A stretch of 45,100 bases of DNA from Christensenellaceae bacterium (GCA_948482865.1 CAOMHR010000001.1:1-45100); one strand, 5' to 3'; shown: positions 1 to 10,625, counted from the stretch's first letter. Translations and numbers: made by a program. The notes: generated by a model not told the origin, from the letters alone.

Positions 1-3000
1 GCTGTGTGATGAATTCCTCGGCTTCCTTCCACCGTGCATAGGCCTGGCAGTACCCTGTACCGATGTTTTCCATCTTTACAATTTCGCTGAGATTCGCACA
101 GCCTTCGAAAGCCGACCTGTCCACGGTAATTGTCTTACAGTTTGAAAGGTCTATTTTTTGCAGGTTAATACATCCTTTGAACGCGAACCGCATAATCGAT
201 TGCAGACCCGAATCGGGTATTTCGAGCGGTTCTTCCTGAACAAAGTAAACGTTTTTCAGGTTTACGCAATCTACAAACGCGTTTTTATCTATCGTCCTGA
301 CCGTCTTGGGAATAATTACGGTTTCAACGTACTTATTTTCCTTAAACGCTTCTTCGCCGATAGTGTTTATATTTTTATCGTCGGGGATTTTAACTACTTT
401 CTGCGTGCCGCTGTATCTCGTCAGCCTGAAATTTGAAACGGTGAACGGGTCCTGAACGGCAAGCATAACGCTTGTGGAGCATTTCAGAATTTTACCGTCG
501 AAAATTTCCGCATAAATTGCCGCGGCTCCCTTTTCGTTGTGGATTACAACGTTACCGTTCTGGTCCACTTCGGCAATAGCCGTATTGCTTGAACGCCATT
601 TGAGTTCGTAGTTGGAAAGGTCGTAATACCAGGGCTGGGCTATTACTTCGAGCGTGAACGTCTGTCCCGCGTTCATTTTTACCGTGCCTGTGGCTTTGAC
701 CAGACTGTCAAGATTGTTTTTAACCATTCCGAACGAAAGCGACGTGGGGAATGTCAGTTTCTTGCCGTTGTCTACTACCGTTACCTTTATTTCTTTACTC
801 TTGCCGTTTGCGCCTGTTACGGTTACGGTAGCGGGGATATTGGGTCTTGTGGGAGCGACGCCGAAAATTTCGCCGTTAAATACTTTTACGTAACGCTCGC
901 TGCCCGTTGTCCAGGTAAAGTTTGAAAGGTTTGCGTTGCCAGCGTACTTCAACGCAACTTTATAAGTTTCGTTTACGCCCACGGTTATTTCACTGTCGCC
1001 GAGAATTTCAAAATCAGAAGGCAGCGTGCTTGCCGTAGAAGATACGAAGTTCAGTTTTAAAACTCTGTGGTTCAAAGCATAGTCGTCAATCTGTATATAC
1101 AGCCTGTCTTTATACTTCGAATACTGTTCCATCAGGTTTGTTATATCTATCGAAACGGTGGTTGTGCCATTCTTTTTAGCGTTGTAAACAGGGGTTATAT
1201 AGTCGGTTACAAGTCTCAATTCGGTTGCGTCGTCGGGGTTTTCGTTCTCGGAATAACAGAGCAGAACCGCCTGCGCATAAGTGTTGTCGTATATATCCAA
1301 ATCGAGATAAACGCTTTGCCACTCTTTGCCGTTGCTGTCCTTGTGATCAACGTATCTTACGCGCGAATCTTCCAGAACGGGAGCTTCATAGTCGACGTAG
1401 AACGTCATTGAGAAAGTGTTGTCTTCGCTCTTTGCGCCCTGCTCGTACTGCTCTTCGTTGAAATAGAAGTAGAAGTCAAGCGCGTACTTGCCGTTGTTCA
1501 CAAGCCCGAGTTCGTCGGGGTCAAATTCCAGAAGTACCTGCGACGGGGTTGAAACGCCGCCGCCCGCATACGCCTTATTGAGACGGTAGACGTTATCGCG
1601 TTTGATAATTTCGCCCGTTTCCGCGTCGTACAAGTCGTAAGTTACGACTGCCGCGTTTCTTAAAAGTCCCGCGTACAACGCGCGTATACCGTACGTCGTC
1701 ATATAGTTCGTGGGGTCGTCTTCGCCGTAGAACCAGTTGTAACGCGACAGAACCGCGTGTTCGGTCGTTGCGTAAATCTGCTCTGCGTTCTCGTCCTGAG
1801 TATACGCAAACCCGCCCATAGGAACAGAGTACAGATTATTGTAGTACATTGCGTAAGCCTGCGTAGCCCAAACGCTTTCCTTGGGTCTGGTATCGTCGTT
1901 CAGCGATTTATCCTGCTCGAACTCGGCGATTTCATACGCGCTGTAATCGAGCATGGGAGCGGACTCCCAGTCGCCGTAGAAGCCCATATAGGGAAGATTC
2001 AAGTCGCACTGTCCTTCCGATTGCGATTTAAGGGTTATAAATCCTTCCACAAACATACCGTTGGGGAAACTTGAATTTATATAATTCTTTTCGCTTTCGT
2101 CAAGTTCCAGCGTTACTGTTATTTTAGCATACTCGCCGGGCTTTACGGTAAACGCTTCGTTTTTGGCGAGCGAACGCGAATTTGCGCCGTTTTCGTTTAT
2201 AGTCCAGACGGGGTCGATTTTGTTGAGAAGATAAGCCTTTTCCGCAACGGTCAGTTTATCGGAAGAAAGGGTTTCGGTAAACATCTGCGAGCTTGCAACA
2301 AAGCTAAGGTCGTTGGCTCCGAAGTTGGAAACGAAGAAGCTGAACGTGTATTTGCCCGCTTTTTTCTCGTCTTCGCCGAGTTCTATTTTGGGTCTGTTGT
2401 CTTCCGCTCCACCGTTCGCTTCGTCCGTCCACAGGTATGCGCCCGTTTCAAACGCGTTTTTAAGGGTCGCAAGTCCCGCGCCCTGCTTTCTGGGGGAATA
2501 GGGAAGACCGTTCATATCGTATACGGTCGTAGATGTACTCATTACAATCTGGTTTACCAGACTGGTAATTTTGAGCGAGTCGTTATTGTGGATTGCCGAA
2601 AGATTGTTTTTTACATAGCTGCGGACAAGCGCGACAAAGCCCGCAAGATTGGGCGAAGCCATGGAAGTTCCGCTCATTTCATCGTAGCCGCCCGCAACGG
2701 TGGAAGTAATTTCGCCGCCGTGCGCGGTTACGTCGGGTTTAAGTTTCAGGTCGGGAGTTGCACCCCAGGACGAGTAATCGTTCATAAAGGGTCCCGCCTG
2801 ATAGGACGTGTTCACTTCTATATAGCCGAACGAAAGTCTTTTGCCGCGGTCGTCGTAACATAGTTTATTTCCTTCGTCCATAGTAATGGATACCGCGGGA
2901 ATGGGATTTTCGATATCGCCGACCGACATACCTATCGAACCCGCCACGTTGTTGTAGACGATGATAGCGTCGGCGTACTGCATAGCCGTCCTTATCTTCG

Positions 3001-4654
3001 CTTCGAAGTTGGTTGAACCGCGGCGCACAAGCGCGATTGTCCTGTACTTGTCGTCGTTCAAAAGATTTTTTATGCTTGAAGTGTAGTCCGCTTCCTGCCC
3101 TACGCCGGGAACGACTACGTATTTGAAAGTTTCATTGGTCTTGTTGCCAAGAAGCTGTTTTGCAAAATTGAATTTTACCGAGTTTGTATCGCTCGATTCG
3201 GTATAGAAAATCGAAGTAGCGTAATTTGTGTCTGCATTCGCGACCATAAAGGGAGCTTTAAGACCGTTTACGCTGGCGACCGAAACGGCGCCGTCAAAAG
3301 TAGAAGGCGAACCTACCGTACCCGAGTCGGGGTTGGTTGCAAGGTTGGTACCGAACGCGCTGCCGTAACCGGAGCTGTAATCGTTGCTCGCCGCGCATAT
3401 AAGGCTTATGCCCGCGCTCTTTACCGACCTGTAAACTTCGTCCAGAAGCTGACCTTCGTCATCCCCTTCCATTGCGCCGGACGAGAAACCCGCAGTAGTT
3501 CCGAGCGACATATTGACAACGTCTACGCCGAGCGAAACGCAGTCTTCGAGCGCGGCAACCAGATTTTCCGTCGTTGCGCCGCCGAGATCGGGATTTTCAT
3601 AATCGTCGGTAAACACTTTACAGATAACCAGCTGCGCGTTGGGCGCAACGCCTATAAATTCGTTATCTATGAGATTTCCGTCTTTGTCCTTATAGCTGTC
3701 CGCGTGTCCCGCCACAATACCCGCAACGTGGGTGCCGTGCTGCGAATACGAAGGATATACGTCCGCGTCGCCGTCGGCATAGTCGTAAGCAAAGGGAACT
3801 TTGTCGTTTACGTACAGGTCGTCCGCGGTGATGTTTTTGCCGTTTGCCGCCGAAAGAGTTACTGCATTGAACTGTTTATCCCTGAGTTTATCGGCAACGT
3901 AGCCTTTGTCCATAGCCAGCGTATTTGCATCGGGCATATAAGTCGTAAACGCTTCGTGCGTGTAATCGAGACCGGTATCGAGTACGGCGACGGTCATACC
4001 GCTTCCGTCGGCGCCGTATTTTTCAAGAATTTCGGAAGAATCGTAAATACCCGTTGCGTAAACGTTGCTGTAATTGTTGGTAGCGCCTGCAACAACGTCT
4101 TCAGCCTTAATAGCTTCGGGCTGGGAATAGGTCTGGGAAAGATAAGCGGATTTTACGCCCGTAATACTCTTTATTGCGGAAATCTGGGAAGCGTCCACTT
4201 CTATCGCTACTGCGTTGGTTACCGTAGTGTACTGGTAGCGCACTTCATAGCTCACGCCGAGCGACGAAAGCGAATTTAAAAAGTTGCTCTGGCTCTCTTT
4301 GATTGACTTAATCTTTTTACTGCCCGAATATGAAGAAATATAATCGGCTACCGTTTCGCCGTCGGGAACGCTTTCCGAAACCGAGTCGGCGCTAAGTCTT
4401 ACAATAACAGTCTTCTTGCCGCTGCTTGAAGTCGTATAGCCTGTGTTTTCCAGTACGGACTTGCTTAAATTCTGCAAAGCAACGCCGCTCAGGTCTACTT
4501 TTCCCGTCACGTCGGTGTATTCTACGCTGTCATATTTTTCATCGGCGAGTTCCTTGCCTTTGCTGCCGGCAAAAGCGAGCAGGTTCCCTGCGGCAAAAGT
4601 TGCCGCCATTACACCCGTAAGACATAAACAAGCCGCACGTCTGAATTTTGTCAT
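1..4654 (-). CDS. Secreted subtilisin-like (peptidase S8) serine protease, >1551 aa, with BspA-type leucine-rich repeats towards the C-terminus; 3' end lies beyond the left window edge
   Basis: Absent from the ORF track because there is no stop in the window. Hand translation of the minus strand from ATG 4654 (GGAGG 6 nt upstream) gives signal peptide MTKFRRAACLCLTGVMAATFAAGNLLAFAG. Triad motifs VAVLDTGLD, QHGTHVAGIVAGH (approx 3700-3742) and SGTSMASPNLAGF (approx 2636-2674) are all in one frame. The same frame at nt 2-220 reads IPDSGLQSIMRFAFKGCINLQKIDLSNCKTITVDRSAFEGCANLSEI (LRR). No complete minus ORF is listed here, so the frame must stay open. Confidence 0.85.
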   Translation of the reverse strand, partial: MTKFRRAACLCLTGVMAATFAAGNLLAFAGSKGKELADEKYDSVEYTDVTGKVDLSGVALQNLSKSVLENTGYTTSSSGKKTVIVRLSADSVSESVPDGETVADYISSYSGSKKIKSIKESQSNFLNSLSSLGVSYEVRYQYTTVTNAVAIEVDASQISAIKSITGVKSAYLSQTYSQPEAIKAEDVVAGATNNYSNVYATGIYDSSEILEKYGADGSGMTVAVLDTGLDYTHEAFTTYMPDANTLAMDKGYVADKLRDKQFNAVTLSAANGKNITADDLYVNDKVPFAYDYADGDADVYPSYSQHGTHVAGIVAGHADSYKDKDGNLIDNEFIGVAPNAQLVICKVFTDDYENPDLGGATTENLVAALEDCVSLGVDVVNMSLGTTAGFSSGAMEGDDEGQLLDEVYRSVKSAGISLICAASNDYSSGYGSAFGTNLATNPDSGTVGSPSTFDGAVSVASVNGLKAPFMVANADTNYATSIFYTESSDTNSVKFNFAKQLLGNKTNETFKYVVVPGVGQEADYTSSIKNLLNDDKYRTIALVRRGSTNFEAKIRTAMQYADAIIVYNNVAGSIGMSVGDIENPIPAVSITMDEGNKLCYDDRGKRLSFGYIEVNTSYQAGPFMNDYSSWGATPDLKLKPDVTAHGGEITSTVAGGYDEMSGTSMASPNLAGFVALVRSYVKNNLSAIHNNDSLKITSLVNQIVMSTSTTVYDMNGLPYSPRKQGAGLATLKNAFETGAYLWTDEANGGAEDNRPKIELGEDEKKAGKYTFSFFVSNFGANDLSFVASSQMFTETLSSDKLTVAEKAYLLNKIDPVWTINENGANSRSLAKNEAFTVKPGEYAKITVTLELDESEKNYINSSFPNGMFVEGFITLKSQSEGQCDLNLPYMGFYGDWESAPMLDYSAYEIAEFEQDKSLNDDTRPKESVWATQAYAMYYNNLYSVPMGGFAYTQDENAEQIYATTEHAVLSRYNWFYGEDDPTNYMTTYGIRALYAGLLRNAAVVTYDLYDAETGEIIKRDNVYRLNKAYAGGGVSTPSQVLLEFDPDELGLVNNGKYALDFYFYFNEEQYEQGAKSEDNTFSMTFYVDYEAPVLEDSRVRYVDHKDSNGKEWQSVYLDLDIYDNTYAQAVLLCYSENENPDDATELRLVTDYITPVYNAKKNGTTTVSIDITNLMEQYSKYKDRLYIQIDDYALNHRVLKLNFVSSTASTLPSDFEILGDSEITVGVNETYKVALKYAGNANLSNFTWTTGSERYVKVFNGEIFGVAPTRPNIPATVTVTGANGKSKEIKVTVVDNGKKLTFPTSLSFGMVKNNLDSLVKATGTVKMNAGQTFTLEVIAQPWYYDLSNYELKWRSSNTAIAEVDQNGNVVIHNEKGAAAIYAEIFDGKILKCSTSVMLAVQDPFTVSNFRLTRYSGTQKVVKIPDDKNINTIGEEAFKENKYVETVIIPKTVRTIDKNAFVDCVNLKNVYFVQEEPLEIPDSGLQSIMRFAFKGCINLQKIDLSNCKTITVDRSAFEGCANLSEIVKMENIGTGYCQAYARWKEAEEFITQ

Positions 4655-4699
4655 TTAATCCTCCGAATTTACTTATCTTTAATTCACTTTAAACACTGC

Positions 4700-4722
4700 A
4701 AAAAGGGCAATGCTGCCCTTTC
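4700..4722 (-). terminator. Intrinsic terminator after the lipoprotein gene
   Basis: Minus strand reads GGGCA-GCAT-TGCCC followed by TTTTT, directly downstream of the stop at 4726. Confidence 0.5.
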
Positions 4723-4725
4723 GCA

Positions 4726-7700
4726 TTAATTATCACTTTCTTCTTCGCCGATTACAAGCGCAATCGTGTAATAATCTGCGCCGTAGTCCGAACTGTAATC
4801 AAGAACGTAAGTTTCCGTTACGCCGTCCTTCGTCAACTCAAGAGTGTACTGCATACGGGTCTGGTCGTGATTTTTGATTACGTAGCTGTAAACCAAGCCG
4901 CTTGAAGTAACTACTTTGCCGTTGCCGTGGAAGGCAAACTCTACCTCGTCCTTATCTTTTGCCGTAACGGTGTACAGATTATCGGGTAAAACTTTTGCAT
5001 AATGCTTGCCGTTTGCCTGATATTCTCCGTCTGCGTCTTCAAAGAAGAGATAGTAAAGACGGCTTTCGTCCGAACGCAACAGAACCTGGTTGAATTCGTC
5101 TATGCTGTAAGAGAAAGTTTCAACAATTTTGCCGTCTTTCACGTACTTCGCCGCGCCGTCCGTAAACAGGCTTAAACCGAAGCCGTCAAGGATAAGCGTT
5201 CCGCCGTCGTAAGAGTATTCGCCCTTATATTCGTCAAACCCGCTTCCGATGCAAACACTGAACAACCCTTCGGTATTGTTGCTTGTGCTTATAGCAAGTT
5301 CGGTTACGTCGTTGCCGTCGAGAACGTTGATATAAAGGGGCAATGCTGTGGGATCCGCGGGGTCGGTGATGGTAACGTAATTTCCTTCGGGATAATAGGT
5401 GAACGTGTAAGACTTGCCGTAATAAGTGCCGCTTGCCTTATAGTCTGCGCTGAAGTTTCCTATCACCAGCTTTTCGCCGTAGCTGTTAGCGATAAACCAT
5501 TCGCCCGTGAACGGGTTATACACATAGAGCGTAGTTGAACCTAATTTGAATTCGTTGCCGGAAACAGTTATTGTACCCGAATTATACGTCTGCGTGGTTT
5601 CAGTGCCGTTGGGTGCGGTTATCGTCATTGTACCGCCGCCCGCAAGGTCGCCCTTGCCGTCGAACGAGTAGACGTTTCCGCTTGCGTCCGTAAGTCTGAC
5701 TCTGTACCACTTGTCGCGGGGCTGAAGTTCGAACGTAGCCGCGCCTGTAACGCTTATCGTTCCCGTTGCTTCGTTGAAACTTATATTATAGGTTTTTCCG
5801 TCGCATTCGAGCACGCCCGTTAAAGTGTTGTTCTGAAGCGTATACGTGCCCGCTTTTCCATTTACGGTAGCCGTTCCCTTTACTGCGACAAATTCCTGAC
5901 TGCCTTCAGTTGCATAATTGCCGAGTCCGTTAAAGGTTACGTCGTAGCCGCTGCTGACCCAGTCGCCCTTGAAATCGTCATACAGATAGAACGTAGTAAC
6001 TTCGCTCTTGCCCGTATCGGGACGGAACACAGGTCCCCAAAGGGTAGCGCTGTTTTCGCGGTATATAAGCGAAGCAATCAGAAGATCGTTTCTGTACAAA
6101 CGGATTACGGGGGTGTTTTCGTAAGTTTCTATAATCTGCTTATTCGTAGCGGAGTCTGTTCCGACCACAACGGAAAGCGTGCTTACTCTCACGTCGTAAT
6201 TTACGTCATAGCTGCCGTACGTCGAGCCGTAATTTATAGTAGCTTCGCCGTAGCCGTCGGAAGTTATTCCTTTCAAATCTATTTCGATAGCGAACATACG
6301 GGCAAAGTTGTTCCATACGCCCGCATGGCTGTTCTGCTTGTAGTAGTAAACTTCACTGCCGAGAACAAGCTGCCCTTCCGCATTGAACGTGAATTTGGTT
6401 CCGTCGCTGAGCTTTATGCCGTCGCCGTCGGGCGAATAGGTGCCGTTCTTGCTGTCAATTACGGTTAAAACGCCGTCGTTGTATCCGTAATAACGGTACG
6501 TCCAGCCGCCCTTGCCGTCAAAGGTATATTCTTTATGCGAACCTGCCGACTTTTCCCACACGCCTTCGAACTTGTCGTATGCGGTAAGGCTTACGCCGTC
6601 CACGGTAAGGTTTCCGCCCGAAACCGTTCCTGTCAAAGTTGCGTCGTTCGTCTTTATTTCAATACTTCCGCCGTTCACGGTAAACGTGAAGTTCTGTTTG
6701 ACTCCCGCATTGACGTATACGCCTGTGCCGTCGGTATTAAAGGTATACTCCACGCCCGTAGCGTAATACTTGCCGTAACCGAAGTTTTCAATTTCTTTTA
6801 CCGCTTTTACGGGATTTGTCGCAGGGTAAAATTCATTATCCCATACGGTCATAATGCCGTTATCTACGGTCGCCTTAAACGACGTATACGCATTATTTGA
6901 CTTTCCGTCTATTATAGCGAGATAGGTGTCGCGCAAAGTGATTGTTGCGCCGTTGTAATAGTAATACGATTGGCTTACAAGCGCGCCGTCGCGGTAAATA
7001 AGCGTTCCGTCGGGTTTGAGTTCAAGATACTTGTCGCCTTCGGCTACCCATTGCAGGGTGTAAACAAGTTTGCCGTCCGTATCGTTTTCACGATAGTTGC
7101 CGGTATTCGCAGACCACTGCAAATAGTATTTACCAGCAACTTCGCCGTAATTCGCAAAGCCTGCGTAAAGTGTAACGCCGTGGGTGGGAACATAACAGTT
7201 GGGCACTCTGACGGCGAGATTCTCGTCAAAGAAGTATCCGAAAGAACGCAGTCCGCCGTCGCCGTTAAGGTATTCGGGAATAGTGTGCGTTTCGGTTTCC
7301 GAAGGAGAAGCCAGATACCAGTAGGACATGGGGAAGTATGCGTTTGCAACGTTCTGTATAACAGAGCTGTTTCCGCCTACCGTAACGTCTTTAAAACTTA
7401 CGGTGATATCGAAAACATTGCTGCCTTCGCCCGTATTTACAGTGGGATAGCCCGTGCCGTTAAACGCCCAGTCGCCTTCGCTCCAACCGAGCGTATTTTT
7501 TATATAATCGTTGTTTATCGTAACGTCTTTATCAGCCGCGGAAACGCAGTTGTAAATAAGTCCTTTTTCTGACTGGATATACGCGCCGCCTTCATTGCCG
7601 CCCTTGCCTATGAAACCGGCAATTTCGCCTTCGACCGCATAGTTTGAACCAGCCGCCGCGCGTGCGCTTACTTCGCCCGTGAAAAAGCTGTTCGCGATTA

Positions 7701-9267
7701 TCGCGTCGTAATTGAGTTCGCCCGCGATACCGCCCGCATAAGCGTAACGGAAATCGCCGTAGTCGGGGTCGTTTCCGAGACGGGTGTAGCCGTCGACGTA
7801 TCCGGTTGCATAGCTGTTTGTTACAGAACCGTAGGGATAAAGCAGACCTACGATACCGCCCGCGCGCATTGCGCCTTCAATGTCGCCCGTAGTGTAGCAG
7901 TTTATAATCATTGCGGCGATATTTTCGTCATAAGACCTTACCGCGCCCGCAATTCCGCCTACGCCGTAAACGCAGCCCGCGTTACCCATAATTGTGACGT
8001 TTGTAGAGCAGGAGCGCACCGTGGAATAGTAGCGCATACCGTTCGTTTCCATTAAAGCCGAAAGCTGGTAACCTATTATTCCGCCGATATAGCCGAACTT
8101 ATTGTTGCCCGCCGTTGCCGTAATGACGCCGCTTACGGAACAGTTGGTGATATTTACGCCCATACCGTAAGCAACCACGCCGCCCGCGAAAAATCCGTTG
8201 TATTCCCTGTTGTCGTCCGTATCGAACTTTGCCGCGTTGATGTCGCAGGTAAAGTTTTCAAGGTTCAAATCGTAAATCTGCGCGCCTGCCGCCACGCCGA
8301 ACAGTCCGATATTGGGCATAAACGCTTCGGTAAAATCGGTCTGGTCTATAGCGGTAGACGAGATATAGTAATTGGAAATAGTGTGGCCGTTGCCGTTGAA
8401 ATCTCCGCCGAAATAGTAAGAGTCCGAAATTCCTATTATGAACAGCTCTTCGCCGCGCATATCGATATCGTTTTCAAGACTGAAATACGACGTGGAAATT
8501 TGTCCCCAATAGAAATCGTTGTTCATAAACGAAGACAGAACGTAAAGGTCTATCGGCTTTCTGAGTTTGTAGGGATTATCAGCGGTACCGTTACCGTCTA
8601 TATAAACATTTTCTCCGTCCTTACGACCGACGAAAGAGTCGTCAAGTTCAAGACCCTGAATGCTTACGTTTATCTTACCGTTGATTTCTATATGATATTT
8701 ACCGTCCGTATCGGGATCGATAATCTGCGTGTTCGAAAGCACTTCGAACCTGGGATTTTCGCCGTAGTAAACGCTTACGTCAATAGTAAACGTAACTTTG
8801 GTGCCGATATCTAACTTGGTGCCTTTCTCGGCGTCGGTATCTATTTCGTGAAGGGTGCCGTCTGCGTCAACATATTCCGCATTAAAAGTCACACGGTAGT
8901 CGTTGCCGTCCTTGTCGCCCTTGTCAAACGTAATTGAGTTTCTTTCCGTAGCATACACGCCGGAAACTTCAACGGTGGTATCTTCTTTTATTTTGAAAGA
9001 ATAAAAGCCTTCTCCGTCCGCTTCGATTTCTTCGCCGTTTACGTCGACTTTCGGTTCGCCCTGGGCGTCTTCGTCAAGTTCGACCTTGAAAACCACCTTG
9101 TAACCGGATTTAACTTCATATCCCGAAGGAATTTCGCAAACAACGTTCGCGCCTTCCGCAGTAGCAAAATAAAGTTTGTAATATTGCGTTTCCTTGCACG
9201 AAGCCGCCGCCAGTCCTACGCACGTAATGCACACGACTGCAAGTATCGCCAATAAAAATTTTTTCAT
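4726..9267 (-). CDS. Large surface lipoprotein with GLUG-type repeats (1513 aa)
   Basis: ORF track. N-terminus MKKFLLAILAVVCITCVGLAAASC has a lipobox-like signal. Repeated GG(I/V)(I/A)G...NSYATG/NSFFTG blocks (GGIIGYQ, GGIAGAV, GGIVGLL..VTNSYATGYV, GGIAGEL..IANSFFTGEV) resemble the GLUG motif. AGGAG lies 6 nt before the ATG. Confidence 0.75.
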   Translation of the reverse strand: MKKFLLAILAVVCITCVGLAAASCKETQYYKLYFATAEGANVVCEIPSGYEVKSGYKVVFKVELDEDAQGEPKVDVNGEEIEADGEGFYSFKIKEDTTVEVSGVYATERNSITFDKGDKDGNDYRVTFNAEYVDADGTLHEIDTDAEKGTKLDIGTKVTFTIDVSVYYGENPRFEVLSNTQIIDPDTDGKYHIEINGKINVSIQGLELDDSFVGRKDGENVYIDGNGTADNPYKLRKPIDLYVLSSFMNNDFYWGQISTSYFSLENDIDMRGEELFIIGISDSYYFGGDFNGNGHTISNYYISSTAIDQTDFTEAFMPNIGLFGVAAGAQIYDLNLENFTCDINAAKFDTDDNREYNGFFAGGVVAYGMGVNITNCSVSGVITATAGNNKFGYIGGIIGYQLSALMETNGMRYYSTVRSCSTNVTIMGNAGCVYGVGGIAGAVRSYDENIAAMIINCYTTGDIEGAMRAGGIVGLLYPYGSVTNSYATGYVDGYTRLGNDPDYGDFRYAYAGGIAGELNYDAIIANSFFTGEVSARAAAGSNYAVEGEIAGFIGKGGNEGGAYIQSEKGLIYNCVSAADKDVTINNDYIKNTLGWSEGDWAFNGTGYPTVNTGEGSNVFDITVSFKDVTVGGNSSVIQNVANAYFPMSYWYLASPSETETHTIPEYLNGDGGLRSFGYFFDENLAVRVPNCYVPTHGVTLYAGFANYGEVAGKYYLQWSANTGNYRENDTDGKLVYTLQWVAEGDKYLELKPDGTLIYRDGALVSQSYYYYNGATITLRDTYLAIIDGKSNNAYTSFKATVDNGIMTVWDNEFYPATNPVKAVKEIENFGYGKYYATGVEYTFNTDGTGVYVNAGVKQNFTFTVNGGSIEIKTNDATLTGTVSGGNLTVDGVSLTAYDKFEGVWEKSAGSHKEYTFDGKGGWTYRYYGYNDGVLTVIDSKNGTYSPDGDGIKLSDGTKFTFNAEGQLVLGSEVYYYKQNSHAGVWNNFARMFAIEIDLKGITSDGYGEATINYGSTYGSYDVNYDVRVSTLSVVVGTDSATNKQIIETYENTPVIRLYRNDLLIASLIYRENSATLWGPVFRPDTGKSEVTTFYLYDDFKGDWVSSGYDVTFNGLGNYATEGSQEFVAVKGTATVNGKAGTYTLQNNTLTGVLECDGKTYNISFNEATGTISVTGAATFELQPRDKWYRVRLTDASGNVYSFDGKGDLAGGGTMTITAPNGTETTQTYNSGTITVSGNEFKLGSTTLYVYNPFTGEWFIANSYGEKLVIGNFSADYKASGTYYGKSYTFTYYPEGNYVTITDPADPTALPLYINVLDGNDVTELAISTSNNTEGLFSVCIGSGFDEYKGEYSYDGGTLILDGFGLSLFTDGAAKYVKDGKIVETFSYSIDEFNQVLLRSDESRLYYLFFEDADGEYQANGKHYAKVLPDNLYTVTAKDKDEVEFAFHGNGKVVTSSGLVYSYVIKNHDQTRMQYTLELTKDGVTETYVLDYSSDYGADYYTIALVIGEEESDN

Positions 9268-9332
9268 TGCTGTCTCCTTCTGTTTTACCTGATTGCCGCG
9301 GAATAAAATGCGGCATTATTCAATATAAAGCC

Positions 9333-9361
9333 ATTATACAATATAATTTATAAAAATTCAA
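9333..9361 (-). promoter_or_regulatory. Sigma-A type promoter for the lipoprotein gene (TTGAAT-N17-TATAAT)
   Basis: Minus strand: TTGAAT (9361-9356), 17-nt spacer, TATAAT (9338-9333), about 65 nt upstream of ATG 9267. Confidence 0.4.
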
Positions 9362-9622
9362 CTGATTTGACCTAAAAATCGAAAATATCTTCAATCCTTT
9401 TAAATACCGCAAAAATGCGCGTTTCAGGCATAATTACCCCTTTAAACGGTAAAAAAATATCGTATTTTACCTTTTTTAGGTCTATTAAACGTTTTTTACA
9501 ACTCTCCGCCGCACCAAAACCCCGCATACCGCCGCAACAATGTTATGCAAGTATTATTGTATAAATGTATAAATGCCCCCGTTTTATTCGCTTACGCCGC
9601 ACACCTGCGCCGTAACGTACGC

Positions 9623-9651
9623 TTGACAGTTTTCAACGATTTGCTTATAAT
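9623..9651 (+). promoter_or_regulatory. Consensus sigma-A promoter (TTGACA-N17-TATAAT) for the YitT-family gene
   Basis: TTGACA 9623-9628, 17-nt spacer, TATAAT 9646-9651, about 55 nt upstream of ATG 9709. Confidence 0.55.
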
Positions 9652-9708
9652 ATAATTAGAATGCTACGATAAGCCGTTTTTAAGGCGATCGGGATTAAAG
9701 GGCGTGCA

Positions 9709-10611
9709 ATGAAGAAAAAAGCACTTTTTTACTTTAAAAGATATTTAATAATCGTACTGGGCTGTATAATCTACTCGGTGGGCGTTTCGTTCTTTCTTGA
9801 CGCAAACAACATTGCGTCGGGCGGTGTTACGGGTATCGCCATTATAATAAGCTACCTTTTAGAGTCCACTCCCGCCGCGTCGATACTCACAACGGGCGTG
9901 CTGATTATCATAATTAACGTGCCGCTCTTTATTCTCGGCTTTATATTCTTCGGTAAAGGGTTCACTCTTTCCACCCTGTTTGCAACCGTGTTATCTTCCG
10001 TATTAATAGAAGTTTGGAATTTAACGCTAAAAAAATTCATACCGGTCACCAACGACATACTTATTTCTTCGTTAGTGGGCGGCGCGCTGTTCGGCATTGG
10101 GCTGGGTCTCATTTTCAGAATGGGCAGCACCACTGGCGGCACGGACATAGTAGTCAAACTTCTGAGAAAGAAATTCCGCTACGTGAATACTGGCGTTATT
10201 TCAATGATTATAGACATTGTAATCGTCTGCTCGTCGTTTGCGGCTTACCGCGACTTTGACCTTTTATGTTACACCGTCATATCCATAGTAATACTCACTA
10301 TCGCTTTCGACACGGTGCTATACGGCGGCAACTCGGCAAAACTCGTCTATATAATTTCGGTTGAAGACAAAGCCGGATTAATATGCGACAGAATAATCAA
10401 AGAACTGGACATCAGCGCGACGATCACGGATGGTAAAGGCGCATACACCGGCGATAACAAGCGTATGATTTTGTGCGCGATAAAAAGTTTCCTTTATCCG
10501 AAGCTGCGCGACGTCGTTAAAGACTGCGACCCCGCCGCCTTTATGATTGTTACGTCCGCAAAAGAAATTTACGGCGAAGGCTACAAAAACCACACCGACG
10601 AAGAGCTGTAA
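9709..10611 (+). CDS. YitT-family integral membrane protein (DUF161 membrane repeats plus C-terminal DUF2179-like domain)
   Basis: ORF track, 300 aa. Multi-pass hydrophobic N-terminal part with GGVTGIAII and GSTTGGTDIV motifs. Soluble tail ...TDGKGAYTGDNKRMILCAI...MIVTSAKEIYGEGY is typical of this family. Confidence 0.85.
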   Translation: MKKKALFYFKRYLIIVLGCIIYSVGVSFFLDANNIASGGVTGIAIIISYLLESTPAASILTTGVLIIIINVPLFILGFIFFGKGFTLSTLFATVLSSVLIEVWNLTLKKFIPVTNDILISSLVGGALFGIGLGLIFRMGSTTGGTDIVVKLLRKKFRYVNTGVISMIIDIVIVCSSFAAYRDFDLLCYTVISIVILTIAFDTVLYGGNSAKLVYIISVEDKAGLICDRIIKELDISATITDGKGAYTGDNKRMILCAIKSFLYPKLRDVVKDCDPAAFMIVTSAKEIYGEGYKNHTDEEL

Positions 10612-10625
10612 TGTTTTAGATGCTT

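Noticed and set aside
158-4658. Fourteen plus-strand ORFs of 62-191 aa listed in the track (e.g. 3704..4279, 1067..1411)
   Set aside because: All lie antisense to one continuous minus-strand frame that encodes clear S8 peptidase motifs. Their translations are low-complexity, Arg/Cys/Val-rich shadow products without SD sequences.
6512-8814. Plus-strand ORFs (84-200 aa) and the minus ORF 7044..7349 inside the lipoprotein gene
   Set aside because: Embedded in or antisense to the 1513-aa ORF, with no ribosome-binding sites and implausible composition. They are shadow ORFs of a GC-skewed long gene.
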